Source of the DNA: Macrostomum hystrix
Taxonomy: Eukaryota > Animalia > Platyhelminthes
DNA length: 64,000 bases
NCBI GenBank assembly: GCA_950097015.1
Contig: CATNEN010000003.1
Coordinates: 9,920,001-9,984,000 of the forward strand
Reading direction: 5' to 3'
The notes under the pieces are model-generated. The model did no database searches, had not been told where the DNA came from, and worked only from the letters and a program-made list of their open reading frames with translations. Every line of letters starts with the position of its first letter. Within the stretch, counting starts at the first letter, position 1. Shown in pieces: positions 13,781-25,997 of this stretch. The position numbers and the translations under genes are program-made.

Positions 13781-14159
13781 AGCTGCAATGTGTTGTTAAG
13801 GATCTCAAACTGAGTAAATTCCAAAAAATAAGAAAATGACAAGCTATAGCTAATAGGTCTCAAAGATTTCCAGGGCTTCCTAAATCAAAGTCGCTTCCGC
13901 GCACAGAATGCTGATTGACACTGGAATGCAAATGTGCTGCTGTAAAAACAAAGGGCAAGTGCACTTTCCGACTCGTTATAAAAAAACATGTTGCCAAAAA
14001 TTTTGTTGTCCGATTTAGACTCCAAACCTTGCTTTCGTAATTAGATTCCCAGCATAGATTGAATGCGAAAATATTTATCCCCATCTCCAAAAATATTAGC
14101 ATCCAAATCAAATCTGGCGTCACTTGGAAGCAATAGATAAGCTGCGCCCTTTATACTGT

Positions 14160-14790
14160 CACACTCCTCACTCCTCTCACACCCCTCTCCTCTCACACCT
14201 CTCTCCTCACACAGCTCTCTCCTCACACAGCTCTCTCCTCTCACACCTCTCTCCTCACACACCTCACTCCTCTCACACCTCACTTCTCACACACCTCTCT
14301 CCTCTCACACCTCTCTCCTCTCACACCTCTCTCCTCACACAGCTCTCTCCTCTCACACCTCTCTCCTCTCACACCTCTCTCCTCTCACACCTCTCTCCTC
14401 TCACACCTCTCTCCTCTCACACCTCATTCCTCTCACACCTCTCTCCTCTCACACCTCATTCCTCACACACCTCTCTCCTCTCACACCTCTCTCCTCACAC
14501 ACCTCTCTCCTCTCACACCTCACTCCTCACACACCTCTCTCCTCTCACACCTCACTCCTCACACACCTCGCTCCTCTCACACCTCATTCCTCTCACACCT
14601 TTCTCCTCTCACACCTCATTCCTTTCACACCTCTCTCCTCTCACACCTCTCTCCTCACACACCTCTCTCCTCTCACACCTCATTCCTCTCACACCTCTCT
14701 CCTCTCACACCTCTCTCTTCTCACACCTCTCTCCTGTCACACCTCTCTCCTGTCACAGCTTTCTTCTCGCACACCACTCTCCTCACACCT
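14160..14790. repeat. Low-complexity CT/CA repeat, about 17-bp unit (CTCTCACACCTCTCTC)
   Basis: Direct observation. Confidence 0.93.
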
Positions 14791-15219
14791 GATCCCTTTT
14801 CATGTATTTTCGAGTAGAATGCCCTAGAAGTAAATCTCGCTCGAATACTCATTTCCTCACCATTTCATCTTCCTTAAAACTCGTAACCCATGCGAATCAT
14901 AAATTCTCACAATTAGTTTCCGATTGTCCAGTTAACCCCTGCATCACACAAAGACAGCAAAGCCGTTTGATTAGCTTGATTAGATTAGCCGTTTAAAAGG
15001 CAGGCGCATCTGCCCACACTTCAAATCGAGTGTGTTAGAATATCGAGCAAAAGATTGCCAAATTAGGGCAAGGCTAATAATCCGAATAAGAAACCGTAAG
15101 AAATTTATTTTATAGAAGTCAGCTTATAGATTAAAGAAATATCCTGGCCAGGCGTTTGTGTAGTACCAATTAAGACTTAAAATATCTTGTTAATTTATTT
15201 GCTCCTACACATATAAGAC

Positions 15220-16137
15220 AATCTGAGGGTGTGGGAGGATGGGAAAGAATCTGAGGGTGTGGGAGGATGGGGGTAGAATCTGAGGGTGTGGGAGGATGGG
15301 GAAGAATCTGTGGGTGTGGGAGGATGGGGGTAGAATCTGAGGGTGTGGGAGGATGGGGAAGAATCTGAGAATGTGGGAGGATGGGGGTAGAATCTGAGGG
15401 TGTGGGAGGATGGGGAAGAATCTGTGGGTGTGGGAGGATGGGGGAAGAATCTGAGGGTGTGGGAGGATGGGGAAGAATCTGAGTGCGTGGGAGGATGGGG
15501 AAGAATCTGAGGATATGGGAGGATGGGGGAAGAATCTGAGGGTGTGGTAGGATGGGGGAAGAATCTGAGTGCGTGGGAGGATGGGGGAAGAATCTGTGGG
15601 TGTGGGAGGATAGGAAATAATCTGAGGGTGTGGGAGGATGGGGAAAGAATCTGAGGGTGTGGGAGGATGGGGGAAGAATCTGAGGGTGTGGGAGGATGGG
15701 GGAAGAATCTGAGGGTGTGGGAGGATGGGGAAAGAATCTTAGGGTGTGGGAGGATGGGGGAAGAATCTGAGGGTTTCGGAGGATGGGGAAAGAATCTGAG
15801 GGTGTGGGAGGATGGGGGAAGAATCTGAGGGTGTGGCAGGATTGGGGAGAATCTGAGGGTGCGGGAGGATGGGGAAAGAATCTGAGGGTGTGGGAGGATG
15901 GGGGAAGAATCTGAGGGTTTCGGAGGATGGGGAAATAATCTGAGGGTGTGGGAGGATGGGAAATAATCTGAGGGTGTGGGGGGATGGGGAAAGAATCTGA
16001 GGGTGTGGGAGGATGGGGAAAGAATCTGAGGGTGTGGGAGGATGGGGAAAGAATCTGAGGGTGTGGGAGGATGGGGATAGAATCTGAGGGTGTGGGAGGA
16101 TGGGGAAAGAATCTGAGGGTGTGGGAGGATGGGGAAA
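15220..16137 (-). repeat. 28/29-bp minisatellite (AATCTGAGGGTGTGGGAGGATGGGGAAAG)n, inverted relative of the 12534-13780 array
   Basis: Reverse complement CTTTCCCCATCCTCCCACACCCTCAGATT matches the left array unit. Confidence 0.95.
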
Positions 16138-16572
16138 GGGTCTATAAATATACGATTGGGAAGCCCTTTGTAAATAGCTTTTGGATGAAATGGTGCTGTG
16201 CATTTCTGAGATGTTTCTTCTGAGTCTCACCCGATGATTTGAAGAAGACCTGGCCAAGCAGGCGGATTCAAGATCGTTGAAAGATAGCTCCGTACTTTTC
16301 CAAAGCCACTCATACGACATTTTCCCTGGCCTGTGGTTCTGATTAACAGTCAAGATTCATCGGCAGTCAGGGAGCATGACAGACTCGACGACTGACATGA
16401 GTGATAGCGAGCTAAAGAAAGCGCCTATAACCCGTAGTGTACTGAGTTTAGTGCTCAACCGGATTAATAAAGGAATCCCTTAGCTTGAGAAGTACATGGA
16501 CATAATACTTAAACCTGGGAGATAAAGTTGACAATTTTCTTTCTGTCGAGACTTACTGAAGGAAGCGCATCT

Positions 16573-16820
16573 AGAATCGAAGCAAGAACCAGAGCTGGAA
16601 CCATAACTGGAATCGAAGCAGGAATCGTAGCTAGCAACATAACTGGAATCGAAGCAAGAATCAAAATTAGAACTAGAACTGGAATCGAAGCAAAAATCGT
16701 AGCTAGAACCAGAACTGGAATCGAAGCAAGAATCAAAATTAGAACCAGAACTGGAATCGAAGCAAGAATCAAAATTAGAACCAGAACTGGAATCGAAGCA
16801 AAAGTCATAGCTAGAATCAA
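16573..16820. repeat. 36-bp tandem repeat (GAATCGAAGCAAGAATCAAAATTAGAACCAGAACTG)
   Basis: About 7 degenerate units. Confidence 0.9.
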
Positions 16821-17438
16821 AGAGTCTTATCTGCAATCGTAGCAAGCTACATTTTACATCTTTAGTACAATAAACTGCGTATGAGGAATCGTAGCAAGAA
16901 CTATAAAGCTAGAAGGAAGTGAATCAGGAATCGCAGCAGGTTTTTAGATTAAACAAAGGTAATCAGGAATCGCAGCAATTACTGAAACCAGATTCTAAGC
17001 AAGAATCGTATCAGGAATCGCAGCAAGATTTATTGCTAGTATCGCGACTGTATCGTGACAAGAAAAAAGCAAGTGAGAAGCAACAAAGCAACAAATGTTA
17101 ATAGTAAATAATAAACTGCAACACATAGCAGTTGATATGATCGATGATCTGAACATGTACAATAGTTTGTGTTATTGTCCCACTTTATTTTAAACAATGT
17201 ACAGTAGATATATGTGTGTGAGTTAAGTTGGTCACAATGAGGACAGAAGCAACAACTGCAAGCAATAATAAATAATTTATATTTATATTCATACAGACAC
17301 AACGGCAACCAGAAAGCATTCTGTGAAGACAACACGTGCTGGCAAACAAAATGCACTGTCGAAATGAGCCACAAATAATTAACACAATTGAACATTAGAG
17401 GTAACTATGGCAACCGACAAAATCTTGACTCGCGTTTG

Positions 17439-20400
17439 TCACTCGCCACTAGCCATGGCCGATTGCTGACGCTTCTTTCTACGAAATCTAGGATCATTGA
17501 TGTAGGCCCGATTCTCCATCGCCCGACTGGAGGCGGCGACGGCTGCGGCTGCCGCTGCGGCTGCAACAGCTGCGATGGCGTCGGCTGCGCCAGAGGCAGA
17601 CGGCACGCCGTTTCCGCCGCCAGCGCCGCTGCCGCCTTCGACATCTGGAACGGCTGGTACGTCGTCGAGAGCAGCTGAGCGTTCATTCAGCTGCAATTTG
17701 GCTGATTTAGTTGACGCCTTTGACGCTGTTGAAGCCAAAGTTGGTCCAGCTGAAGGATAGACTTTCAGGGCTTCAGGCAGGTCAGGCACCGAAGACTGCG
17801 AGTGAGTCGGCGAACTAGCCGAAGTTTCATTGGCCGAATTCGACAATTGGCTAGTTAAAAGGCGCGGCGGCGGAGCTTGTGAATTTCTGGCCGCGGAGGC
17901 CTCCGGCGACTTCAAAGGAGCAGACAGCTGGCCATGCAGCCTGGGATCGTTGGCCAGATGGGGCAGGTCGATGGGCAGTTTCATCAGCGGATACGGCACT
18001 TTCTTCAGTGCGTCGATTGGAACCAGCTTCCACTTGTAGGGTCGCGAGAATTGACGGCTTAAAAGTGACGGAGGAGGAGCCTGATGCTGCTGCTGCTGCT
18101 GCTGAGGCGGTGAGGATGGCGGCTGGGGTAGCTCCTTGGGTGGTTCCGGCGGGTTGAGCTGAAGTGAGTGAGGTATGGCGATTATACTCAGTACTGCGCC
18201 AATAGAAAGCTACAAATCAATAAAAAAAGCAATCGGAACTTCCAAACTATTTTTAGCAGGAGGTGATCGCACAAGTCAAGAAAATAAATCCGAGAGTTGT
18301 TTTCTATCTAGATATTTATTAGTAGCCAAATGTTTTTAAGAAGGAGAAAATTTGCAGACTTAAATCGCTGCCTACTGCGTATGATGTTTATTACAGCTGA
18401 CTTTGACCTTGATATGAACTAAATAAGCAGGAGCGAATGAAAAAAATAAAACAGTTTTATTCTTTTTAGCAAGAATTTGTTTACAAATTCAACCGTTAAG
18501 AGTTATTCCCCTAATGGGCATCGAGGTATAGATTGTATGTAAAAAGGATAAAAACTATTTGCTAAACAGAAAGGCTTAATAACTACCTAATAGAAACGAT
18601 TTTAAATGCTTCTTAGATGGCATCTGGATGGCCTGTTTGACATTATGTTAAACTACCTGTTCTAAAGGATGTTAAACTACCTGTTCTAAAGGATGTTAAA
18701 CTACCTGTTCTAAAGGATGTTAAACTACCTGTTCTAAAGAATGTTAAACTACCTGTTCTAAAGGACGTTAAACTACCTGTTCTAAAGGATGTTAAACTAC
18801 CTGTTCTAAAGAATGTTTAACTACCTGTTCTAAAGGATGTTTAACTACCTGTTCTAAAGGATGTTTAACTACCTGTAATGAAGAATGTTTAACTACCTGC
18901 TATGCAATGGTTTAGCACATGTATAAAAGGTTTAGACAGAAGCATTTCCCTAGTTAAGACTACTCACAGACGGTCTGTAGGGGGCAGGGCCGGTCAAGTC
19001 GACCTCACTTCCTGCTTCTTGCTGCTTCTGCTGCTGCTGCTGCTGCTGCTGACGAAACAAACCAGCGGCCGTTGGACTAACCTGTCGAGGCTGAATGTTA
19101 GGAAACAGGAAGGATGCCATTTTGGATGCTATTACGTGGCATAAATCTCGGCCTTGATTATCACAAAAATCCATTTTTTGTCAGGGAAATGATACTATGG
19201 CTGGCTGGCTGGTTATCGGAGTGAACTAAACTGAAATGCGGCAAGTTCTGAGCACGTCTAGCATCAGACAGGCTAGCTAATAACTCTCCAAGAGAACTGG
19301 ACAGGACTAAGAAAAATTACAAAAAATATCTACTTCTAGGGCTATGAGTAGGAAAATAAAATGATACGAAAACTAAGATGAATTAATTTGGCCGTGCACC
19401 GCTAACTTGCCTGTCAGTTGCACTTCCAACCTGCGTGACGGATTAACAACTCCCGAATTCCTCTAGTGAGTTATGGGGAAAAACTAAGGAGAAACATGTC
19501 TTAGCATTGCTTAGTTTCTTTGCAAAAAAACGAAGCAAAAATAACAGTAAAGTGCTGCACAATGCTAATCCTGTAATCAAAGTTAAAAGGCGGGTCAGAA
19601 CTTTTACTTCGAATTAGGCACTAAAACTTTTATGTTCTAAAATCTAACTTAAATCTTACACAACCTTTGCTCCGTGATTCTCCTCTCTTCCTTCGATTAT
19701 TTGCTTAATTTCTATATAGTTTTAGGACCATTATTAGGTAGGTTGGCGGAGTGAGGTAGGTTGGCGGAGTGAGGTGGATTGCGGAGTGAGGTAGGTTGGC
19801 GGAGTGAGGTGGATTGCGGAGTGAGGTGGGTTGCGGAGTGAGGTGGATTGCGGAGTGAGGTGGGTTGCGATTACTTATTATTTTGTCTTTAAAACACCCA
19901 CATTTTATTTTTATGAGAACACTAAGTTAAATAACGACTTACAACAGGTCTGCCATAGTCGTCGTAGTCGTCCGTGTCGTTATTTCTAGCAGCATTATCG
20001 AAGCCCTCCGGGCCGGCTTTGGAGCCTCCGGTTGCTGTGCCTTTAATCATATCCTTCAGCAGGCTGGCTACGGCATTCAAAGCAGCGTCCTCAGACAGAT
20101 TGGCCACCCCTACAGCGCTGGAAACTGTTGTCGGCTGCTGCATCAGCGGAGGCAGGGGCGGCGGTGGCTGATTAAAGTGCGGCATCAATGGAAGCGGAGG
20201 CCTCTGCTGAAGATGATGAAGCTGATGCCGATGAGGATGAAATCCGCCGATCGGCGGCATTGCGCCGGAAGGAATTGTTGGCGGCGGCACATTGCGAAAG
20301 TATTGCATTCGGTTTGGCGCGAAGAAGCTGCCAATGGCCGGCTGCGGCTGCGGCTGCGGCTGCGCGAATAGCGGTGTCGGCGCCGCCTGGGTCAACGGCG

Positions 20401-23400
20401 GACCCTCAGTGAAGCCGCTAAGCACGGTTGAATTGGGTGGCCTTGGCTGCTGCGGCCTGGTCAAAGGAGAAGGTCAGCTAATTCATTTGAGAATAGGTTG
20501 GGTAGTGAGGTGGGTGGTGAAGTGAGGTGGATTGTGGAGTGAGGTGGGTGGTGGAGTGGGGTCGCGGAGTGAATCCGCTGAATGAAGTCAGTTGTGGATT
20601 CTGATGATTTGCAGATTGGAATAAATTATTAAATGCAGTGGTTTTGCTAAACTAGTTTTTTGGATGTAGGCCAGACGGAAAGTTGAAAAATTGACGTTGG
20701 ACTGACGATTGATTAAGAGTGAGGTCATTGAGTAAAAATATCATGGGGGATCATAGAAACAACAAAAAAACTTTTAATTTGTAGTTTTTTAACTCGAAAA
20801 ACTTTCATAGAAAATATTTTTGAATTGAATAAAACATTTCCTAGAGAACCATGAAAAACGGCAGCTCAGTCAGCGAAAAAAAGAAACAATTTAAACACTA
20901 AAAAACTGCTAACACGTTCAAAAACTTCTGAAGGTCGAACCGGAAGCATGAAACAATAAAACACTACCAGCCCAGGATTCCTTCTTTCCTGCCCGCCCTT
21001 ACAAAAGCATCAGGAGAGGGCGAATCAGGGACACCGGTGGCATCAGACCGCCCGGCGGTCCGGGCACGCGCAACAGCGGCTGCTGATGCGGCTGCTGCGG
21101 CAAGGTCAATATACCGCCACCAACAGTGGTGACAACATTCATTAGACTGGCACATTTGGGAATGCTCGAAGTGGACATCAGTACAGTCCTAGGAGGAGCT
21201 GGTAATACTGGCTGCTGCTGCTGTGGCTGCTGCTGTTGAAAGCTATCATTGGGACATAAGAAAGAAGAAAATCTTTGATCGCTGAAACACGCTCAAAATG
21301 GAGTTGTCAAAGGGATTTACTAAAGGACGTGCTCTTATACGAGTAATTTAACTGCTGCAGAAGAGAATAGTTTAAAATTTTCTCAAGTCCATGATTCAGA
21401 GTTGTCTTCAACCAAGAAATCAAAAGCACACAGAAGACAGTTAAGCCCTTAATGGCTTTCGATGTATCGACAAGAATACAAGTCTCCTTTCAAAAAACCG
21501 TGCAACATAAAACTGTAATGGGTTTAAGGGGCGGATAGCTCAGTCAGTAAGGTGTCGGACTCTGGATCAGATGGTCCTGGGTTCGACTCCCGGACCTAGT
21601 CTAGAACTATTCGTGCAGCCTTTGGCAAGCTGCTTTGCACTGATGTGCACACAGTCTACTCAGCTGCAAATGAGTACCGACATTTCGTCGGGTAATCATA
21701 ATTCTGGCTGGCGTGGAATAAAGCAGTTCTGTGCGGTAGTTCAATAGGGTCTGGATGCTGCCGATATGTTTAGAAAAAATAAATTCCATTGCTGACACGC
21801 GGCTGTCAACTGGTGTCCGAGAGAGAGCCGGGGTGTACATTAGGTGTGCAGTCCCCACCTGCTTGTGTGCTTGACACACAACACCTGCACTGGCCCTTGG
21901 GTCTAGTGTAAAATTATGATTATTATTATGGGTATTGCAAACATCAAAGAACTACATGAGCAAGAGCAGGCAGACATTTATAGATTAGACAGTCCTATCT
22001 TCATTCACCAATAGATGTGTTGAAGCTAAAACTTTATAAACAAATTAGTTTCCGTTAACTTTCTCGGGCCATCAGCACCGACTGATGCGGACAAGAAAGG
22101 TGCTTAATTAGGCGAAAGGGCGACGACAGTTCAAGAGACGGGAAAGCTTTGCGGTAAGCTGCCGTGCGCAATCAAGCAAATTCTTGATTGTCAAGCAACA
22201 GGCAAGCGCAAAGCATTTTGTAATCAAGGTGACTAATGTTTGTTGAAAAATACCTTATTTGAAAACCTGGATTCTCAATCATTAGTTCGTTGCTAGGCCA
22301 CAAAGACAGAAGGAAATCGATTGCACGAGATATCACCGTGCGATACAAAAAGCATTGGATATGAGCTTTAAAAAGCGCATGCAAATACAAAAATAGCAGG
22401 CATTGCCTCCTACATACAGAATAGTATATAAGTAAATAAGAACTATCAAAACATAGTGCTAAAAATATCTTTCATGCGTATTGCTCTGTCCTTTACTTAA
22501 GCTCTTAACACAATAACAAGCTGTCAACCGACTCCTAGATCATTAACTATTCGGGTGAACATACACCCACCCCACTCCGGAATATCGATCTCTAATAACT
22601 GAGCCAATCCTCTCACTTCTGACCCGAACAGACACCCACCCCACTCCAGGAATATCGATCTCTAATAACTGAGCCAATCCTCTCACTTCTGGCCAGAGCA
22701 GACACCCACAACCCACCAATATCCAATATTATAAATGAACTAAGTGAGACACTCTAAGTTTTTCACCTTCCTGATGCAGCTCCGCCAGTGTCATCTGAGA
22801 CACTCAACTGCTGGCCCATGAGTGACAGCTGAGCCTGCGGCGGCTGTTGCTGCTGTTGCTGACTGGCGCTTGACGCGGGTGGCGGAGCGCCTGCAGATCA
22901 AAGATTTTTGTCATGAAAATTTAAAGAACATTTGTAGCTGATTTATCAAAGTAAAAAAATATCTTTTGATGTAAACCTACCTAGAAGACTTTGAGGTTGT
23001 TCAGGCTTAGCCAAACTGTGCTGCATTTCCATATCTTCCTTGTCCTCATCGTTCAGTGCGAATGGCTACAAAAGCAATGGTAATATAAAGAAGCTTTGTA
23101 AAGTAAGTAATGATATAAACTGTAGCTTCTTAAAAATAGAAAACAGAAACTTAGTCTTGAAACATGAAATTAGAATCTTCAAATTACAAAAAATTAACGA
23201 GCACTGCTCACTAAAATGCGACTGAACCCCTTCCGACTTGAAATTCGTTGTCATTTTGTCTCCTATATCTTTGAAAGATATTTTTTGTGTCCGACCCCAC
23301 ATATCTAATGAGTCCGCATTGACGTCAGCACAACAGACAGTTACTATAGCAACAATGTAAAACTTTATTCCAAAGCTGGAAAAACTTCTTTAACACAATA

Positions 23401-25997
23401 ATTCAACGGAAAAACATTAACATTAGTAATTGATACCAGCGTGCTCTATTTTTACAAAAAACAGGCCTATTGCACCTCACTGTGAATATGTTACTTTTCA
23501 ACCATGCCTCACATTGTTTAGTCCGAAATCGGGCAAAAATTTTGCGGTACCAAAATCAGTTGGCGCAGTTTCTATTTCTTTATCGGACAAATCCTTGTTT
23601 TTTTAAAAGAAGAAATGAAGGAAGAACATATGTTTTATCGACATTGCTGCTACTTATATGACTTTAGAAGCTTTCTTAGTGCTAAACAGGAAGACAACTA
23701 CAAGCTATGCTAAAGCCGAGTGCAATAGATATAGCTAAAGTTAAATTTTGGATGCTTGATAGAGTTAAAAATATTTTTTTACTTTCACTTCCTATAATTT
23801 ACTAGCTTTCTATTAGAAATCTGCTACTTAACTGGCTTAATAGCACGTACGTACGACGAAATTTTCGAAAATTATCAAGCAAAAAGTACACATTTACTAA
23901 TTCCCACTTTTTCATTTTCTGATTTGAGGTATTAGAAGCCTTAGCAGTTATAAAAGTCATTATAAATTTAAAAGGAAATTCCTTAGCAAAAATATGTACA
24001 CTGAATGAAATATTACTCGCACAGTAACTAAATTTCGCATTCCTTCCTAATATAAAATTTCCTTTGTTGTTAATAACTACATTCCGAAAAATCGAATTCT
24101 TTAATTACTCGTCCGATGAACGTACCTGCTCAACTACAAATCGCTCCAAGATAGTCTTGGTCTCTTTGGTCAGCGGATCGTGCGAAAATTTACAGCTTGC
24201 GGCCATCTTGCATGAGTTGTGCATGTGATAAAATTTGCAGGGAAAATCGTCGTGCATGTAGAGACAGTATTCGCCTTTGAGGCAGCTGGATAGAGCGTAG
24301 AATTTGCAAACTTCTCGCTTACGAGGCGGCTTGAAGTCGTGACTAAACGGGCAACTGTCGGACTGAAATGAATGACGGCGAAAAGTACAAATGTAACTTC
24401 CGATTATTGAGTCAATTAACTACTTTAGAGTTTTTCATTTCACCCTTATTCTAGGAATCAAAAATTAGGATTCAAGAAAACATGAATTAAATTAGCTACA
24501 GTTATCAGCAAAGTGACTGGAACTAGCTAGAAACCAACAGTTTTCCAATCGATAAGACATGATTGAGCTCCATTCTAGCTACCTTTCCGCAGCGGCCCTC
24601 CATGTAGTACTTGCAGCGCGGCTTTTCAGCCTGATTTTGCTTGTCGTCAGAATCAAAGCCACCCTGTTGAATACCTTGCTGCTGTAGTGGCTGCGGCTGC
24701 TGCCATGCCTGGTGTCCCCCATTGCCACCTCCGCGACGACCTCCGGCACTGCCACGTTGCCTATTCCGTTTGCCTGACGCTTGACCGTGATAAGCCTGAC
24801 TGCGCTGCTGCTGTTGTTGCGAGAAAGCCTGTCGAGCAGCGTAGTTGTCTCCATTAGCGTCTTCGTCGCCCACGTCATCGTCCCCTTCGTTAAAGAAATA
24901 ATCGCCGCCTTCGTTGCCATCTCCGTATTGGTCATCTTCACGCAACTCCGGCGACGCCAGATCTTCGTTGTCGTCTGGGTATTGAGTGCCTGGACGCCTG
25001 GGCAGAAGCATCATTCTGCGACGAACGGCGTCACTGTCAGTGTCGGCATTGGGCGGGGATGACATCTGGGACTGCGACTGTTGATGCTGCTGCTGATGCT
25101 GCTGCAGGGCGCCAATGGGCGGCCGTCCAATGCTACCATACGGCTGAAGATACTGTTCGTGATAATTCTCAGGTGGTGAGTAACGATCATAGGCAGACGG
25201 TGGGCGGTCGAAATGGTTATTGTCTTCGTCACCTTCGAAGCCACGGTTGTCGGCAATGAAATCGTCAGATGGCGGCCGGTCGTGATCGACGTAGCGAGCG
25301 TGCTTTTTCTGTGGCAAGGAGTCAATAGATTGAATTGTAGTAAGCTCCAAATATAGTTTCAAAGATAGCTCTGGCATTTAGTGACAAAAATATAAAACTA
25401 TCCACCACCCCTATAGTTGTGTTTTTAACTTTTCCATTCGATGCTTTAGAAAAACCTGCCTAAATACGCAGTAGGCGTATTTACGATCAATGATTACTTA
25501 GCGTTTCTGTATTTATAATATTTTTCTCAAACTAACACAATGAGCAGCCCTTTCAAATACAAAATACGTACTTTTCGTTTCTTGCTCGGTACGACTGCAT
25601 AGCTATCGTTGGCTCGGTCGACATCACTTTCGACGCTCGAATGCCGCCGTCTGTTTCCCTGCTGCTGCTGCTGCTGCTGGTGATGATGATGCTTCTTTTT
25701 GCGCTTGCTGCTTTTGTGGTGTCGACGTTTGCCAGCAACTACGGACGCATCCTCTATGTCAACCCTGGGCATTGAGGGAGCCTGGGAATCGGGTGAAGCT
25801 ACAGCCTCGGCTCTGTATTTGGTCTCAGACTCTGTTTCGAAAGTCACGGTAGCTGAAGGTAGGACGGAGTTGATGTTATTGTCGGTATTGCTGCTTTCAA
25901 CTGTTATCAATGCATGTTCTGGAGCAGTGTCAAGGCCATCGTCGCTTATTTCGCCCTCTTCAATGTCGACAGCAGGCTGTTGGTCTGTCTCGCTCAT
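17439..25997 (-). CDS. ZC3H4: CCCH zinc-finger protein, ZC3H4/ZC3H6/Suppressor of sable-like; 9 coding exons, about 1064 aa
   Basis: Exons 25997-25572, 25308-24583, 24362-24126, 23065-22981, 22890-22767, 21242-21003, 20456-19943, 19090-18968 and 18158-17439, all GT/AG, 3195 nt in frame. N-terminal IEEGEISDD motif, three tandem CCCH fingers (CKYYMEGRCGKSDSCPFSH; CKFYALSSCLKGEYCLYMH; CKFYHMHNSCKMAASCKFSH), Q/P-rich linker, C-terminal DPR motifs (NDPRL, NDPRF); AATAAA on minus strand at 17184-17189. Confidence 0.88.
18646..18899. repeat. 24-bp minisatellite (ATGTTAAACTACCTGTTCTAAAGG)n, intronic
   Basis: About 10 units. Confidence 0.95.
19736..19869. repeat. 17/18-bp repeat (GGAGTGAGGTGGATTGC)n, intronic
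   Basis: About 7 units; related degenerate units at 20506-20572. Confidence 0.9.
21527..21930 (+). mobile_element. tRNA-derived SINE, family C (antisense in ZC3H4 intron)
   Basis: GGGGCGGATAGCTCAGTCAGTAAGG (A box), GGTTCGACTCC (B box), conserved-domain-like CCTTTGGCAAG...CTCAGCTGCAAATGAGTACC, (ATT)n tail. Confidence 0.8.
22562..22710. repeat. Direct duplication of about 70 bp (ACACCCACCCCACTCC..GAATATCGATCTCTAATAACTGAGCCAATCCTCTCACTTCTG)
   Basis: Two full copies plus the start of a third. Confidence 0.9.

Noticed and set aside
12305-13863. Long Pro/Ser/Asp-rich ORFs (502 and 496 aa)
   Set aside because: Open in several frames on both strands because of the 27-bp repeat; single-base indels switch frames
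21527-21605. Functional tRNA gene
   Set aside because: Acceptor stem does not pair and the sequence continues into a SINE body with an (ATT)n tail; the same applies to the heads at 5720, 35043, 55251 and 2230
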